Program-made: the position numbers and the translations under genes
Virus record (IMG/VR): IMGVR_UViG_3300023179_006727
Location: 1-64,000 of that record
Length of the DNA: 64,000 nt
Source of the DNA: a virus
Strand: one strand, 5' to 3'
Shown: piece after piece, positions 52,095-60,664 of the stretch
Numbering within the stretch: the first letter of the stretch is position 1
Layout of the letters: each line of letters begins with the position of its first letter
The notes under the pieces: model-generated
What the model was told of the DNA's origin: nothing
What the model saw: the letters and a program-made list of their open reading frames with translations, nothing else
Databases searched by the model: none

Positions 52095-54422
52095 TTACCA
52101 AACTCCTCCACCATAACCTGCATTTTTACTTCCATTTAATAATTTACCTGTTGCATAATCTTTCAAACTAAATTTATTACTGACCATTCTTCTTGTTACA
52201 ATAGGATGAAAAGTTAAACTCATACTCATTTTAGTTGGAATTCTTGTTGTTTCACCTGTCACCACATTTTTAAAAATTGGTGGCGTATTAAGTCCACCTT
52301 TTGCTAAACGATTAGCTTGTAATCGATTTACCTGCGAAAGAATTGGATTACTTGAAGATGCAGGTGCATTTACTTGTTGATTACCTTGTACAATAGTTTG
52401 TGTTATATCACCTGCCATAATATAATCAACATCAGCAGGTAATGTATATTGAAATTGTGCCAATACCATAGGATGATTATCAAATTGATATTCACCAAAA
52501 CCACTTAAATACAATAACGGTGGAGGAATTCCTGCCTTTGGTGATTGATCTTGTCCATAAAACATTTTTGATGCACTGCGGAAAAAATGTATTACTGCTC
52601 GCAAATATGCTGCTTCTGCTATATTTTGTGCAGTAAAATCTGCATTAATACTTATATCACTTACTGAGCTACCACGATAACTAAAGATTTTGTAATTACT
52701 ATGAGTAGGTTCAGTGGCATCATAATTAGCTGAATATGATAAACTTACTTGAGGCGTATAAGGAAATATTACCCCATTTGTAGATTTTAAAGGCCAAAGT
52801 ATGTCTGTTTGTTCTGCAATATTATAAAAATATGGCGCACTTGGAGCAAGACTTATACGAACACGCCAATCAATTGCTTTTTCAAATTTTACTGATGCTG
52901 ATTGATTACTGTTTTTACTATCACCTACAAATTGATCCGTATTAGGGGATGCGGTTACTGCTATAGATGCGCCTGCGGCGGTTGGCAGAAAACCCTCTGC
53001 TTCACGTAAAGCGTTAGCTTCATCATCACGTCTTTGTGCATCAGCCATTGCATTTGATATATCATCTGCCCCGCTTATATCAGGTGGTTCTGTAATAAAG
53101 AAACTTGGCTCACTAAGACTATAGTCAAAAACATCATCCAAGATTTCTGAATAATATACATCCTCCTTTTGATCTATGGTTGGTGCTGAAGAATAACGTA
53201 CCAATGCTTCTTCGTTATATGCATTTTCCAACTGAGTGATTGTACTTGTAGGAAATCCACTCGAAAGAATTTCTAAATTAGTTATACCATTATCTTTGAT
53301 CCATTGAGCTTTTTGAGCAAGAGTATATGTACCCCAATCACTAGGAACATGTGTAAAAGATCCTCCTTTACGTTCAAAATAAAAACCTACTGAAGTATTA
53401 ATATCATATATACGACTTCCACCATTATTAATAAAACGTTGTTCTTCGGGCGGAAGAGTATATTCAGTAAAATTTACATTAAATGTTTTAGATGTTGTGT
53501 TTCCATTTGCATCTGTTATAATTATAGTAGTAGGAAGGGCAGCATTGGGAACGGCTAGACTAGTACTACCTACTTTTCCATAAAAAGTAGCGTTGTTGCT
53601 GCCTGGATTATAGGTGAGATTAAGGTTAACCAAACCCTCAAATCCGCCAGGTGACCTGTCATTTCTATCAAAAGTAAAATTATAAGGAGGTTGCCCACCT
53701 ATACTTGATACATCAATCGAAAAGTCCTGCCCCCAAACTGCGTTTAAAGTTTGAGAAGTTGTAAATGCCAAAGGAGTATTACTCGTAGCGGTACTGCTGC
53801 TATTTTGATTTTGTATAGCAGCAATCGTTGCAGTAGTTGAAACATTGTTGCTTGCTTGATTCGAATTATTGTCATTGATTGTTGTATTATTGCTTATTGG
53901 GGGCTGAGTCGGAGGAGGTGGAGAAGGTGGTGGTTCATCAACAATTTTTATTTCCTTATTTTGTACCTGATTTTTCCAAAATGCATATTTGTCCCAATAA
54001 TTAGGATCTACGCCACCGCCGCCTGGGGCAATTGTCTTGTTAACTGTATCAACATAATATTTTCCATCATCATTATCTGCCTGTGCTAAAAATGTTACTA
54101 CTTCTGTTGGAGTATATCCCAATGCTCTTGATAGGTCTTCAACATTAGCTCCATATAATGATCCATATGGATGTCGTACTTCGAAAAGAATGTCACTTGC
54201 AACATATCCTGGCTTATCGGGATGCGCCTTTAAGCTTTCAGTTACAATTTTTTTAATTCTTTCATCAGTTAAACCACCAAATTCCCCCCCCGCCCCATCA
54301 AAATCAGTTCTAGATAATATATTTCTTGATATATCAACAAATAAATTATTAAATTCCTTCTGAGTAATAGTTTTAATTTCATTAGTAGTTGAAACATTAT
54401 TGCTTGCTTGTTCATCTGCCAT
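52095..54422 (-). CDS. Tail tube initiator/baseplate (gp48/gp54-like) protein with long variable N-terminus; start at 54422 preferred
   Basis: C-terminal FPYTPQV...THSNY...FFRSASKMFYG...PPPLLYLSGFG. ATG 54422 has an AAGGG SD and TAAATA at 54442-54447, which lies inside the longer 54467 call. Confidence 0.7.
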   Translation of the reverse strand: MADEQASNNVSTTNEIKTITQKEFNNLFVDISRNILSRTDFDGAGGEFGGLTDERIKKIVTESLKAHPDKPGYVASDILFEVRHPYGSLYGANVEDLSRALGYTPTEVVTFLAQADNDDGKYYVDTVNKTIAPGGGGVDPNYWDKYAFWKNQVQNKEIKIVDEPPPSPPPPTQPPISNNTTINDNNSNQASNNVSTTATIAAIQNQNSSSTATSNTPLAFTTSQTLNAVWGQDFSIDVSSIGGQPPYNFTFDRNDRSPGGFEGLVNLNLTYNPGSNNATFYGKVGSTSLAVPNAALPTTIIITDANGNTTSKTFNVNFTEYTLPPEEQRFINNGGSRIYDINTSVGFYFERKGGSFTHVPSDWGTYTLAQKAQWIKDNGITNLEILSSGFPTSTITQLENAYNEEALVRYSSAPTIDQKEDVYYSEILDDVFDYSLSEPSFFITEPPDISGADDISNAMADAQRRDDEANALREAEGFLPTAAGASIAVTASPNTDQFVGDSKNSNQSASVKFEKAIDWRVRISLAPSAPYFYNIAEQTDILWPLKSTNGVIFPYTPQVSLSYSANYDATEPTHSNYKIFSYRGSSVSDISINADFTAQNIAEAAYLRAVIHFFRSASKMFYGQDQSPKAGIPPPLLYLSGFGEYQFDNHPMVLAQFQYTLPADVDYIMAGDITQTIVQGNQQVNAPASSSNPILSQVNRLQANRLAKGGLNTPPIFKNVVTGETTRIPTKMSMSLTFHPIVTRRMVSNKFSLKDYATGKLLNGSKNAGYGGGVW

Positions 54423-54441
54423 AGTAATACCCTTATTTTTA

Positions 54442-54520
54442 TATTTATGACTAAATAAAAGTGCCATTTTTACCTAATAAATCCTAATATATTGATTTTT
54501 TTGTTAATATTATGTAACAT
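54442..54520. promoter_or_regulatory. Divergent control region: back-to-back late boxes plus a sigma70-like promoter for gp55
   Basis: TATTTA-tgac-TAAATA at 54442-54457; TTGATT(54492-54497)-N17-TAACAT(54515-54520); GGAG SD before ATG 54547. Confidence 0.6.
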
Positions 54521-54546
54521 TATAGGTATTATAACTACGGAGCATT

Positions 54547-56430
54547 ATGACAGTCATTAAAAGACCCCTAAATTACCTTAATAATAAGGATATTCTCAAA
54601 GAGATTCACTTAAGTAAAAATACTTATTGCAGTTTTATAGAACCACAAGATCACCAATATGATTATATAATTGATTATGAAGAAGGTGTTTCACTAGAAG
54701 ATAGTCTAAAAATTGCACTTAGACCTGATATTATACAAAAAGCAAAAGAAAATCGTGCTTATCGTTTAAGTATTGAAAATGGAACAAAAATAGATCCTAC
54801 TACAATAGAACATAATGATCTAGTTTTTAGAATTATGACGTGGGATCATATACCATTAGCCCCTAAACAACCTAGAAAAATTGACAAGAAAAAATCTGCA
54901 AAAGAATTGTTTGAATTTGAAATTGAAGAAGATCAAATATATGATGACTTAGATGATCCAAAATTAAACAAAGAAATGGGCATGTCAGATATGATCCATG
55001 TTCGTGTCAATTTCCCACCATTTCAACATTTTAAGTACGCAGTAGTAGGGGGACAAATGTATTGTGTAGGTAAATCTCATTGGAAAGGTGACATCTATAC
55101 AGGCCATTTTGATAAAGATAAAGGTCAACTTACTAACAAACTAGCCAAAATGTACCTCATGCTATGTGAAAAATATGCTATGAGGTTCAATTGGCGTGGT
55201 TACTGCGTAGATAAAACTACTGAAGCATTAACACAACGTGGTTGGTTATCCTATGATCAAATCAATGAAGATGACAAAATTTTATCATATAATGAAAATA
55301 AATTAGTATGGTCATCAATTACATCAATATATAGGGGTCAATATAATGGATTAATGCATTATATGACTGCAACGGGTTTAGATTCACTCATGACACCTGA
55401 GCACAAACTTGTTACTAAAAATGGTCTTAAAAAAGTTGAACATGTTTTAGAACATGATAAAGTCGTTCTTATGGGTCAACCATTGGAGGATTGTACTATT
55501 CCAACAATTAATAATAGTTTAGTAGAAATTATTGGTTGGGTTGTTACTGAAGGTTCTTATGACTATTATCCAAATAAAACAATTAAACATATCAGTATCT
55601 ATCAAAATAATGGGAAAAAAGCTAATCGAATACGTAAGTTACTAGAAAGTTTGGATATTAATTTTAGTGAAAGAATGAGAAAAAATAATATTTGTTTTAG
55701 AATTAATACAGAATCTTCCAAAAAAATAGCTGAAATTGCACCACAAAAAAACCTTACCATGGAATTTTTGTTAAAACTTACCTATGAGCAAAGACTAACC
55801 TTATTACATACTATGATAGATGGTGATGGTTGGCGCACAGGAACTAAAAAACAAAATTTACGATATGTACAAAAGAACAAAGCTCACATCGATATGTTTC
55901 AAACACTATGCACCATGGTTGGATTAAGGTCGAATTATCACCTACGAAACCATGTTTCATACGGTAAACCCACTAGTTCATATACTGTAAACATATTTTC
56001 AAATAGGAAAAATACAACAAGATTTGAAAATATTAGCTTGAATGGTGGTAAACAAAGCGGCAAAAACTATATTGGTAAAGGCAAAACTGCTCATCCTAAT
56101 ACACCTACAGTACCATATAATGACATTGTATGGTGTCCTGAAACAGAATATGGATGCTTTATTGCTAGAAGGAATGGCACAATTTTCTTAACAGGTAATA
56201 CTTATAATGACGAAATGCGTGGTGCGGCTATTTTACAATTAACTTATGTTGGGTTACGATTTAATGAGGCTAAATCAAGCAATCCTTTTGCTTATTATAC
56301 AGCAGCAATTACTAATTCATTCTGTCGTGTATTGAATACAGAAAAGAAAAATCAAGGCATTCGTGATGATATTTTAGAGACTAACGGTCTAAACCCAAGT
56401 TGGTCAAGACAATTTGCGGAAGAATCCTAA
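54547..56430 (+). CDS. gp55: Late-transcription sigma factor (T4 gp55-like), interrupted by an intein
   Basis: NYLNNKDIL, RFNWRGY|intein|TYNDEM, FNEAKSSNPFAYYT; synteny with gp47 and gp46. Confidence 0.9.
   Translation: MTVIKRPLNYLNNKDILKEIHLSKNTYCSFIEPQDHQYDYIIDYEEGVSLEDSLKIALRPDIIQKAKENRAYRLSIENGTKIDPTTIEHNDLVFRIMTWDHIPLAPKQPRKIDKKKSAKELFEFEIEEDQIYDDLDDPKLNKEMGMSDMIHVRVNFPPFQHFKYAVVGGQMYCVGKSHWKGDIYTGHFDKDKGQLTNKLAKMYLMLCEKYAMRFNWRGYCVDKTTEALTQRGWLSYDQINEDDKILSYNENKLVWSSITSIYRGQYNGLMHYMTATGLDSLMTPEHKLVTKNGLKKVEHVLEHDKVVLMGQPLEDCTIPTINNSLVEIIGWVVTEGSYDYYPNKTIKHISIYQNNGKKANRIRKLLESLDINFSERMRKNNICFRINTESSKKIAEIAPQKNLTMEFLLKLTYEQRLTLLHTMIDGDGWRTGTKKQNLRYVQKNKAHIDMFQTLCTMVGLRSNYHLRNHVSYGKPTSSYTVNIFSNRKNTTRFENISLNGGKQSGKNYIGKGKTAHPNTPTVPYNDIVWCPETEYGCFIARRNGTIFLTGNTYNDEMRGAAILQLTYVGLRFNEAKSSNPFAYYTAAITNSFCRVLNTEKKNQGIRDDILETNGLNPSWSRQFAEES
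55204..56199 (+). mobile_element. Intein (332 aa) with LAGLIDADG homing endonuclease
   Basis: Begins CVDKTTEALTQRGW; block B TPEH; LAGLIDADG-like IIGWVVTEG and LLHTMIDGDG; ends FLTGN before Thr+1. Removal restores NWRGYTYNDEM. Confidence 0.92.
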
Positions 56431-56470
56431 TAATTTGACTTTAGTATTTACGCTGTTATACATTCTATGA

Positions 56471-57487
56471 ATGAGTAAATTATTTAAAAAGGCAGCAGTT
56501 TTCACTGATATACATTTTGGAATGCGTAATAACAGCATCCAACACAATGAGGACTGCATACAATTCGTTGATTGGTTTATAAAAACTGCCAAGAAAGAAG
56601 GGTGTGAAACCTGTTTCTTTCTTGGAGATTGGCATCATAATCGTGCCACAGTCAACGTTCTTACCCTAAATTACAGCTTAAATGCATTGGAAAAATTAAA
56701 TGAATCGTTTGACTGCGTTTATTTTATTGTTGGTAATCATGACCTTTATTATCGAGATCGTCGTGACGTACAGAGTGTTGAATGGGCTAAGCACCTTAAA
56801 AGAATTCGTATTTGTAACGATTGGGTTATTGATGGCGATTGTGTCATTGCTCCCTGGCTTATTGGGGAAGATTATAAAAAAATACAAACCCTAAACGCAA
56901 AATACCTGTTTGGTCACTTTGAACTACCATCATTTTATATGAATGCTATGGTTGAAATGCCCGATCACGGTGAAATCAACCGTAATCACGTATTACAATT
57001 TGGGCATGTTTTCACAGGACATTTTCATAAAAGACAAACAAAAGGAAACGTAACATATATTGGTAACGCATTTCCGCATAACTATAGTGATGTAAATGAT
57101 GATGATCGTGGTATGATGATACTAGAATGGGGTAAAGAACCACAATTTCGTTCTTGGGATAATCAACCTAAATTTCGTTCGTATACTTTATCAGAAATTT
57201 TGGATAACCCTGATAAATTACTGTTACCTAATACAAGCGTAAAAATACAAATTGATCGTGAAATCAATTACGAAGAATCAAGTTCAATCAAGGAAACTAT
57301 TATGAAAGAATATAATTTAAGAGAAATGACCTTAATTCCACAACGTGTTGACATTGAAACTGATACCACAGATCAAGTAAACTTACAATTTGAGAGTGTT
57401 GATACTATTGTATTGTCACAAATTGAACAACTTGAAGCAGGTGCTTATGATAAGCAACTGCTACTTAACATTTACAGAAATTTATGA
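56471..57487 (+). CDS. gp47: Recombination endonuclease subunit (Mre11/SbcD-like)
   Basis: Phosphoesterase motifs DIHFG, LGDWHH, VGNHD and GHFH. Confidence 0.92.
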   Translation: MSKLFKKAAVFTDIHFGMRNNSIQHNEDCIQFVDWFIKTAKKEGCETCFFLGDWHHNRATVNVLTLNYSLNALEKLNESFDCVYFIVGNHDLYYRDRRDVQSVEWAKHLKRIRICNDWVIDGDCVIAPWLIGEDYKKIQTLNAKYLFGHFELPSFYMNAMVEMPDHGEINRNHVLQFGHVFTGHFHKRQTKGNVTYIGNAFPHNYSDVNDDDRGMMILEWGKEPQFRSWDNQPKFRSYTLSEILDNPDKLLLPNTSVKIQIDREINYEESSSIKETIMKEYNLREMTLIPQRVDIETDTTDQVNLQFESVDTIVLSQIEQLEAGAYDKQLLLNIYRNL

Positions 57488-59649
57488 TCGTTATAAAAGA
57501 ATTAACCATTAAAAACTTCCTATCAGTAGGCAATGTTACACAAAAAATTAACTTCAATCGCAACGATTTAACTCTTATTCTTGGTGAAAATCGTGATTTA
57601 GGTGGAGATGGTGCACGTAATGGCACAGGAAAATCCACTATTGTACAAGCACTTAGCTATGCTCTATACGGTTCAGTTCTTAATAATATCAAAAAAGATA
57701 ATCTAATTAACCTTACTAATGGTAAAGGTATGCTCGTTACCGTTGATTTTGATATCAATGGCAAAGAATATCGTATTGAACGTGGGCGAAAACCTAATAT
57801 ATTGAAGTTCTATGTAGACAATTCCGAACAAGAATTTGATGAAGATGATAGCGAAAGTCAAGGTGAAAGTAAAGAAACCCAAGCTAAAATCGAGTCTATG
57901 ATAGGCATTTCTGCTGAAATGTTTAAGCATATTGTTGCATTAAACACCTATAATGAACCATTTTTAGCACTTAAAGCAGCAGATCAACGTGAAATTATTG
58001 AACAATTGCTTGGTATTACCTTGCTTAGTGAAAAAGCTGAAGGTATTAAAGAACTCAATCGTAACGTAAAAGAACAAATTCAAAAAGAGGAATTTAAGAT
58101 ACGTAGTGTGCAAGATGCCAATACAAAAATCCAAGAACAAATTGATAATCTTAAGCGTAGACAAACACTTTGGACTACAAAAAAGAATGAAGATATTACC
58201 AATTATACGAATCAATTAATTGAATTATACAAAATTGATATTGATCAAGAAATTAGTGCGCATCGTTCTTTAGTGATTTATAATGAAAAACAAACAACAT
58301 TAACCAATGCTAAAAATCATTATGATACTGAGCTGTCTAAACTTACTAACCGATACAATGAAACTGTTGTGTCAAATCGGAAAGAAAGTAGTGCTATCAG
58401 TACACAAATGAATAATTTACAGAATATTGACATTCATATCGAAATTTCAAACTTAAAAATTATTTCTGAAATTAGGGAAAAAACAATTAAACGTGATAAT
58501 ACAAAGAAATTATTTACAAACGCTAATGCTACTTGTATACGTTTAAAAAAAGCTATTGATGATATTAATGGAGAACTAGTTAAGTTATATGACCACAAAT
58601 GTTATGCATGTGGTCAAGATTTTCATGATAATAGCCTTAAAATTGTTATAGAGGATAAAGAAACTAAGCTAGAAGAACTTAAGGTAGAATATGATACTGC
58701 ACAAACACAATACGCAGAATATGAAACTATTCTTAAAGAAATTGGTGATATACCATTAACTCCTACTGTAGTGTATAAAACTTTGGAAGAAGCGATTAAT
58801 CACAAGTCTACCATAGATTCGTTGGATGAAAAATCAAAAAAGTTGTTAGAAACTATTGACCAAGCTAAAAAATTATATGAAAAGGATATTACAGCACTTG
58901 AACAACAATACAATATAGTTGTTAGTAAGATTGGTGATATCGGAACAAAACCAACTATTATCTATAAAAATTTAGAAGAAGCATTAAAACATCAAAGTAC
59001 GGTTGAAAAGTTAGAGCAAGCCTTAGAAAAGCGTGTTGATGAGTTTGATCCTTATGCTGACCAAATCAATGATATGCAAAATAATAGTCTTGTTGAGGTT
59101 AATTTTGGCACGTTAAATGATTTAACTAAGGTATTAAAGCATCAAGAATACTTGTTAGACTTGTTAACAAATAAGAAATCTTTTGTTCGTAAGAAGATTA
59201 TTGAACAAAATTTAAGTTATTTGAATACTCGTTTAGGTAATTATTTGGATAAAATGGGTTTACCTCATCGTGTTAAGTTTCAAAATGATCTTAGTGTAGA
59301 AATTACAGAGCTAGGTCGTGATTTAAGTTATGGCAATTTTAGTCGTGGTGAAAGCACTCGTTTGATACTATCACTATCATTTGCTTTCCGTGATGTATGG
59401 GAAAACCTGTATCATAGTATCAATTTATTGTTTATTGATGAAATGATTGACAATGGATTAGATACGGTCGGTGTAGAAAATGCCATTGGATTGTTTAAAG
59501 AATTAGGTAGACGTAGAGATAAATCGGTATGGTTAATCTCACATCGTGATGAATTGGTAAGTCGTGTTAATAACGTATTACATGTGATTAAAGAGGGTGG
59601 TTTTACTCGTTACTCTAATGTCAATGAAAAATTTGCGTTGCCGATATAA
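57484..59649 (+). CDS. gp46: Recombination ATPase subunit (Rad50/SbcC-like)
   Basis: KNFLS, Walker A NGTGKS, Zn-hook CYAC, signature FSRGE, Walker B LFIDE, ISH. Confidence 0.92.
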   Translation: MIVIKELTIKNFLSVGNVTQKINFNRNDLTLILGENRDLGGDGARNGTGKSTIVQALSYALYGSVLNNIKKDNLINLTNGKGMLVTVDFDINGKEYRIERGRKPNILKFYVDNSEQEFDEDDSESQGESKETQAKIESMIGISAEMFKHIVALNTYNEPFLALKAADQREIIEQLLGITLLSEKAEGIKELNRNVKEQIQKEEFKIRSVQDANTKIQEQIDNLKRRQTLWTTKKNEDITNYTNQLIELYKIDIDQEISAHRSLVIYNEKQTTLTNAKNHYDTELSKLTNRYNETVVSNRKESSAISTQMNNLQNIDIHIEISNLKIISEIREKTIKRDNTKKLFTNANATCIRLKKAIDDINGELVKLYDHKCYACGQDFHDNSLKIVIEDKETKLEELKVEYDTAQTQYAEYETILKEIGDIPLTPTVVYKTLEEAINHKSTIDSLDEKSKKLLETIDQAKKLYEKDITALEQQYNIVVSKIGDIGTKPTIIYKNLEEALKHQSTVEKLEQALEKRVDEFDPYADQINDMQNNSLVEVNFGTLNDLTKVLKHQEYLLDLLTNKKSFVRKKIIEQNLSYLNTRLGNYLDKMGLPHRVKFQNDLSVEITELGRDLSYGNFSRGESTRLILSLSFAFRDVWENLYHSINLLFIDEMIDNGLDTVGVENAIGLFKELGRRRDKSVWLISHRDELVSRVNNVLHVIKEGGFTRYSNVNEKFALPI

Positions 59650-59666
59650 AGATATAAGTAAAATAT

Positions 59667-60179
59667 ATGCCATCTGCTAGTAAAATTAAAGGAAGTTCAT
59701 TTGAGAGGGATATTGCAAAATATTTGTCCGATCTATATAATGAGTCTTTTGTACGTGTTCCAAATAGTGGAGCATTTATTGGTGGTATTAACAAAGATAG
59801 GAAATCTTATTTGCATGAGGGACAGGTTCGCAGTTTTAAGGGAGATATAATTCCTGGGGAATCGTTTCAATTATTAAATATAGAATGCAAAAACTATGCA
59901 GATTTTCCGTTCTATCAAATTCTAACTACATGTAAATTATTAGATGATTGGTTAGATCAATTGATGGATGTAAGTGATAAGGATGATTTGAACGTTCTTT
60001 TTATGAAATTCAATCGTAAAGGTCGTTATATTGCAGTAGAACAAAAACATAAATGGAAAATGAACAATTACTTAGTATATCATAGTGATATATATGGTTC
60101 ATGGATTATCTCAGAATTAGAACATTTTTTTAAATTAAACTCAGGTCTCTTCAAAACTCTCTCCAAAAATAATACTTAG
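59667..60179 (+). CDS. Holliday junction resolvase-like PD-(D/E)XK nuclease
   Basis: SKIKGSSFER, SGA, GDII and IECK motifs. Confidence 0.8.
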   Translation: MPSASKIKGSSFERDIAKYLSDLYNESFVRVPNSGAFIGGINKDRKSYLHEGQVRSFKGDIIPGESFQLLNIECKNYADFPFYQILTTCKLLDDWLDQLMDVSDKDDLNVLFMKFNRKGRYIAVEQKHKWKMNNYLVYHSDIYGSWIISELEHFFKLNSGLFKTLSKNNT

Positions 60180-60211
60180 GTCTACTCTAAGGTCTCAAAA
60201 TCATAGAACAA

Positions 60212-60558
60212 TAGGTTTGGTTGCATGACCTGTAACGCAACGAAGGTATATCAATGAACGTTGGTCAATGCCTGAATCACTGCCGTTCTACAGTGGCTTC
60301 AATGGACTACCCTCAAGGAGGATGCTTTAAATGGGTGCTCGCATGTCACATTTCCATTGTCGTAATAGTTGAATTCATTGAGAAATGAGTTGGAGTATGT
60401 AGTAATGTACTAAGTGTCTGATCATAATAATATGGGCAAAGGGTCAGAATCAGGTTATAAATTAATTCACTGCGGTTTATAACGGGTATAAAATACCACT
60501 GATGTATACGATATATTTCTTGTTAGTAACAAGTTTTGGGGTGATATAGTCAAACCTA
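60212..60558 (+). ncRNA. Candidate ~350-nt structured non-coding RNA, family not recognised
   Basis: 12-bp end-to-end helix (60212-60223 with 60547-60558) enclosing at least 7 hairpins; a GAGA tetraloop; multiple G-U pairs that form only on the + strand; no long ORF. Confidence 0.6.
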
Positions 60559-60617
60559 CCTGAATAAAATATATGAAGTGAACCCTATCCACGTAATGTG
60601 GGCGTTGGCAAACAAAC

Positions 60618-60664
60618 AAAAAGGGACAATATAAATTATTAATTTTATATTTACCCCTTTTTTT
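60618..60664 (+). terminator. Long hairpin with T-tract, probable intrinsic terminator
   Basis: AAAAAGGG..AATATAAA / TTTATATT..CCCTTTTTTT. Confidence 0.55.

Noticed and set aside
54423-54467. ORF-track start at 54467 (likewise 15665 and 6555)
   Set aside because: Downstream ATGs (54422, 15623, 6540) have SD, promoter, paralogue or stop-overlap support.
1630-59870. CCWGG halos as translational pausing or codon choice around Pro-Gly
   Set aside because: Enrichment switches between C-ending and G-ending codons with motif orientation, which points to a DNA-strand effect rather than a tRNA effect.
1630-59870. Classical Dcm/Vsr very-short-patch repair as the explanation
   Set aside because: Vsr activity is associated with CCAG gain and CTAG loss. 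Here CCAG is depleted, CTAG is common, and the effect is strand-asymmetric and extends to both sides of the site.
60180-60660. tmRNA, RNase P RNA, tRNA or CRISPR array
   Set aside because: No tRNA-like acceptor/T-arm ends, no GAGGAAAGUCC-type P4 motif, and no repeat-spacer periodicity.
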